Below the pieces are notes generated by a model. The model was given only the letters and a program-made list of their open reading frames with translations. It did no database searches and had not been told where the DNA came from. A stretch of DNA of 50,930 nt, filler included, from Bipalium vagum (Eukaryota), in NCBI GenBank assembly GCA_037834085.1. It is 3 parts of 3 records of this genome, joined end to end, with 100 filler letters (N's around TTAATTAATTAA, not from the genome) between each part and the next. Parts side by side here need not be neighbours in the genome. Positions count along the whole stretch, not along the records: positions 33,124 to 50,930 come from JBBMKC010049956.1; 2 more parts are not named here. The stretch is one strand, 5' to 3'. Below are positions 49,200 to 50,930 of this stretch, piece by piece (the stretch's first letter is position 1; each line of letters begins with the position of its first letter). Both the position numbers and the translations under genes were made by a program.

Positions 49200-50480
49200 A
49201 ATTAATTAACACTTGAAAAGTGATTTAGAAATTCCCAGGAATTTTATTATGAAAATACTTTAAAAAATAAAGTAACCCTCCGAAGTAACCTTATCATAGT
49301 TGCGTCTTTGGCTAACGTAACATATTTGTCTATAAGTATTGTTAATTATTTGACAACTCATAAACAGTCTGATTCCCATTACAACTATTTGGTGTAATTA
49401 ATAAACTCAGTAAAGCAATAAGGCATGCATCTATCTAATACACACTGAGAACCTAATTTAACACTGATATCAACTACTGAATATCAACTACCAATGAAAT
49501 GAGAAACCACGTCTTTATTATTAATGAGTGTTAAATTTAAAAATGATAGAACACAAACAAACAAAAATTTATTTTTTAACCTGATTCCTTATTTACTAGT
49601 AAAGGTAGTGTACTAACCATTTTACTAATCCTTTTCTAAAATATGATTCAAAATATAATCCACTTCCTTTAAGAGGATCAAAGTATTAACTCGCTCCAGT
49701 TGCGACTACTCTTGGTACATCTTTGGTGTTAAGAGCTTTGTTTGATTTCATTTCACCTGTGGTTTTATCAAATTTGCTGAGTTTTTCAATTTCCATTTCT
49801 AACTTTTTTTTCTCAAAATCTGCTTTTTTGTGCTTCTTTTGATTTTTGTAGAGCTGGTGCTGATCCTTTAAAAAATGAAACTGAAAAATCTTTTAAAAGA
49901 AGCTTTTGATTAAATATTTGGAGACTACCAAAGTAAACCTAAAAACCTTTGGATTGATAAAGGTATTGTATTTTACAATAAAACATTCAAAAAGTTTTTC
50001 GGTGATAATGAAATAGAAATTTTTTTCAACAGAGAATGAAGCAAAAGCAGTTGTAATAGAAAGATTTAATAAAACTGAAGAATATGATTTTTATAAAATT
50101 TACAAAACAAAGTAATAAAAATGGTCCATCTTTTACCTTTTTTATTTGAAAAATATAATATTAAAATCAAATAAAAAAATAAATAAAAATTTGAATAATA
50201 ATAATAAAAAAATAATAATTAAAAGATAAAAATATATCTTGTGTATAAATCAATAGCTGTTAATATTATTTTATAATCTCTTTTCCTGGTATACAAGTTA
50301 AATATTATACATGTAAAAATCATTATTTATTATAAAACCTTAATATTAAGATACTATTTAAGTTTTTAAAATTCTTTGTGAAGTTCATTTACTAATGGTT
50401 TACTTTTTTTCAGGAGGAATACCTTTAGAGTTTTCAGATATTTTTATTTGATTTTTCTAATGCTAAGCCTAACGCAATGG
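49200..50480. mobile_element. Polinton/Maverick relic with retroviral-like integrase, rearranged
   Basis: Plus strand 49865-50170: PLKNET..KEAF..KPKNLWIDKGIVFYNKTF..STENEAKAVVIERFNKT. Minus strand 50400-50230: LVNELHKEF..YKIILTAIDLYTRY. Minus strand near 49650: KGSGLYFE. A protease-like remnant at 49200-49450 is weak. Confidence 0.8.
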
Positions 50481-50930
50481 GAAAAGCAAATACAAAATTT
50501 TTAAAAACTCAGGTTTTCCCAATCTTCGAAAAAAACCGATTAAAAAACATAATAAAATTATTATCGCGATTTATCAGAATCTAAATGAATAAAAGAATAA
50601 AATTGATTTTTTGAGAATTCCATGTTGATGTTTGTCCTTCTGATTTATTTATTCAAAAACATATAATTGAAACATATATATATACTTTGTTATTATTCAG
50701 TGATTATACTCTAAAACTTGAAATAATTGCCCATGGGGCATTAATCTTTTCGCCTTTAAAAATCAGTATTTTCCAAGTGGTGGGGTATTATTAAAGGGTG
50801 GGGCATTATTGTTTTGAAAAATTTTTTTTGGATAAATTAAAATAAACGCCCAAACTTGAAAATTATGAAAAGATGAAATATTTGATTATTGATGGATGTA
50901 TTTGTTTTACTATTTTAAATATTTACTTAC

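Noticed and set aside
1-50930. CRISPR arrays, operons, tRNA or rRNA genes
   Set aside because: No regular repeat-spacer arrays or recognisable structural RNA genes were seen, and the spliced genes and eukaryotic TEs rule out a prokaryotic origin.

Overview
Very AT-rich eukaryotic (animal, probably invertebrate) nuclear DNA, not prokaryotic. It is three assembly pieces joined by artificial 100-bp spacers (44 N + TTAATTAATTAA + 44 N) at 15671-15770 and 33024-33123, so adjacency across the spacers is not proven. Host genes have short GT-AG introns (mostly 44-59 nt), so the ORF track fragments them. The main hidden gene is a multi-exon telomeric-repeat-binding factor (TRF/TERF-like shelterin protein) at about 42796-46763, reconstructed by hand: TRFH-like helical domain, disordered linker and C-terminal telobox Myb. 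Other genes: an intronless GT32 (SUR1/OCH1-like DXD) glycosyltransferase; a two-exon cholinesterase-like type-B carboxylesterase with no signal peptide, next to a decayed tandem paralog; a small secreted 8-Cys protein; a single-pass membrane protein; and several orphan ORFs. Most of the rest is decayed transposons: many mariners, Tc1, maT, a Tigger-type MITE, two kinds of hAT, Gypsy LTR pieces, an RLE-type non-LTR fragment, and a Polinton/Maverick relic whose integrase is split by an inversion. A ~500-bp non-coding element occurs twice (12.6 kb and 25.0 kb), with short conserved blocks and a covarying hairpin. All family calls come from motif recognition by eye; no searches were run, and relic boundaries are approximate.
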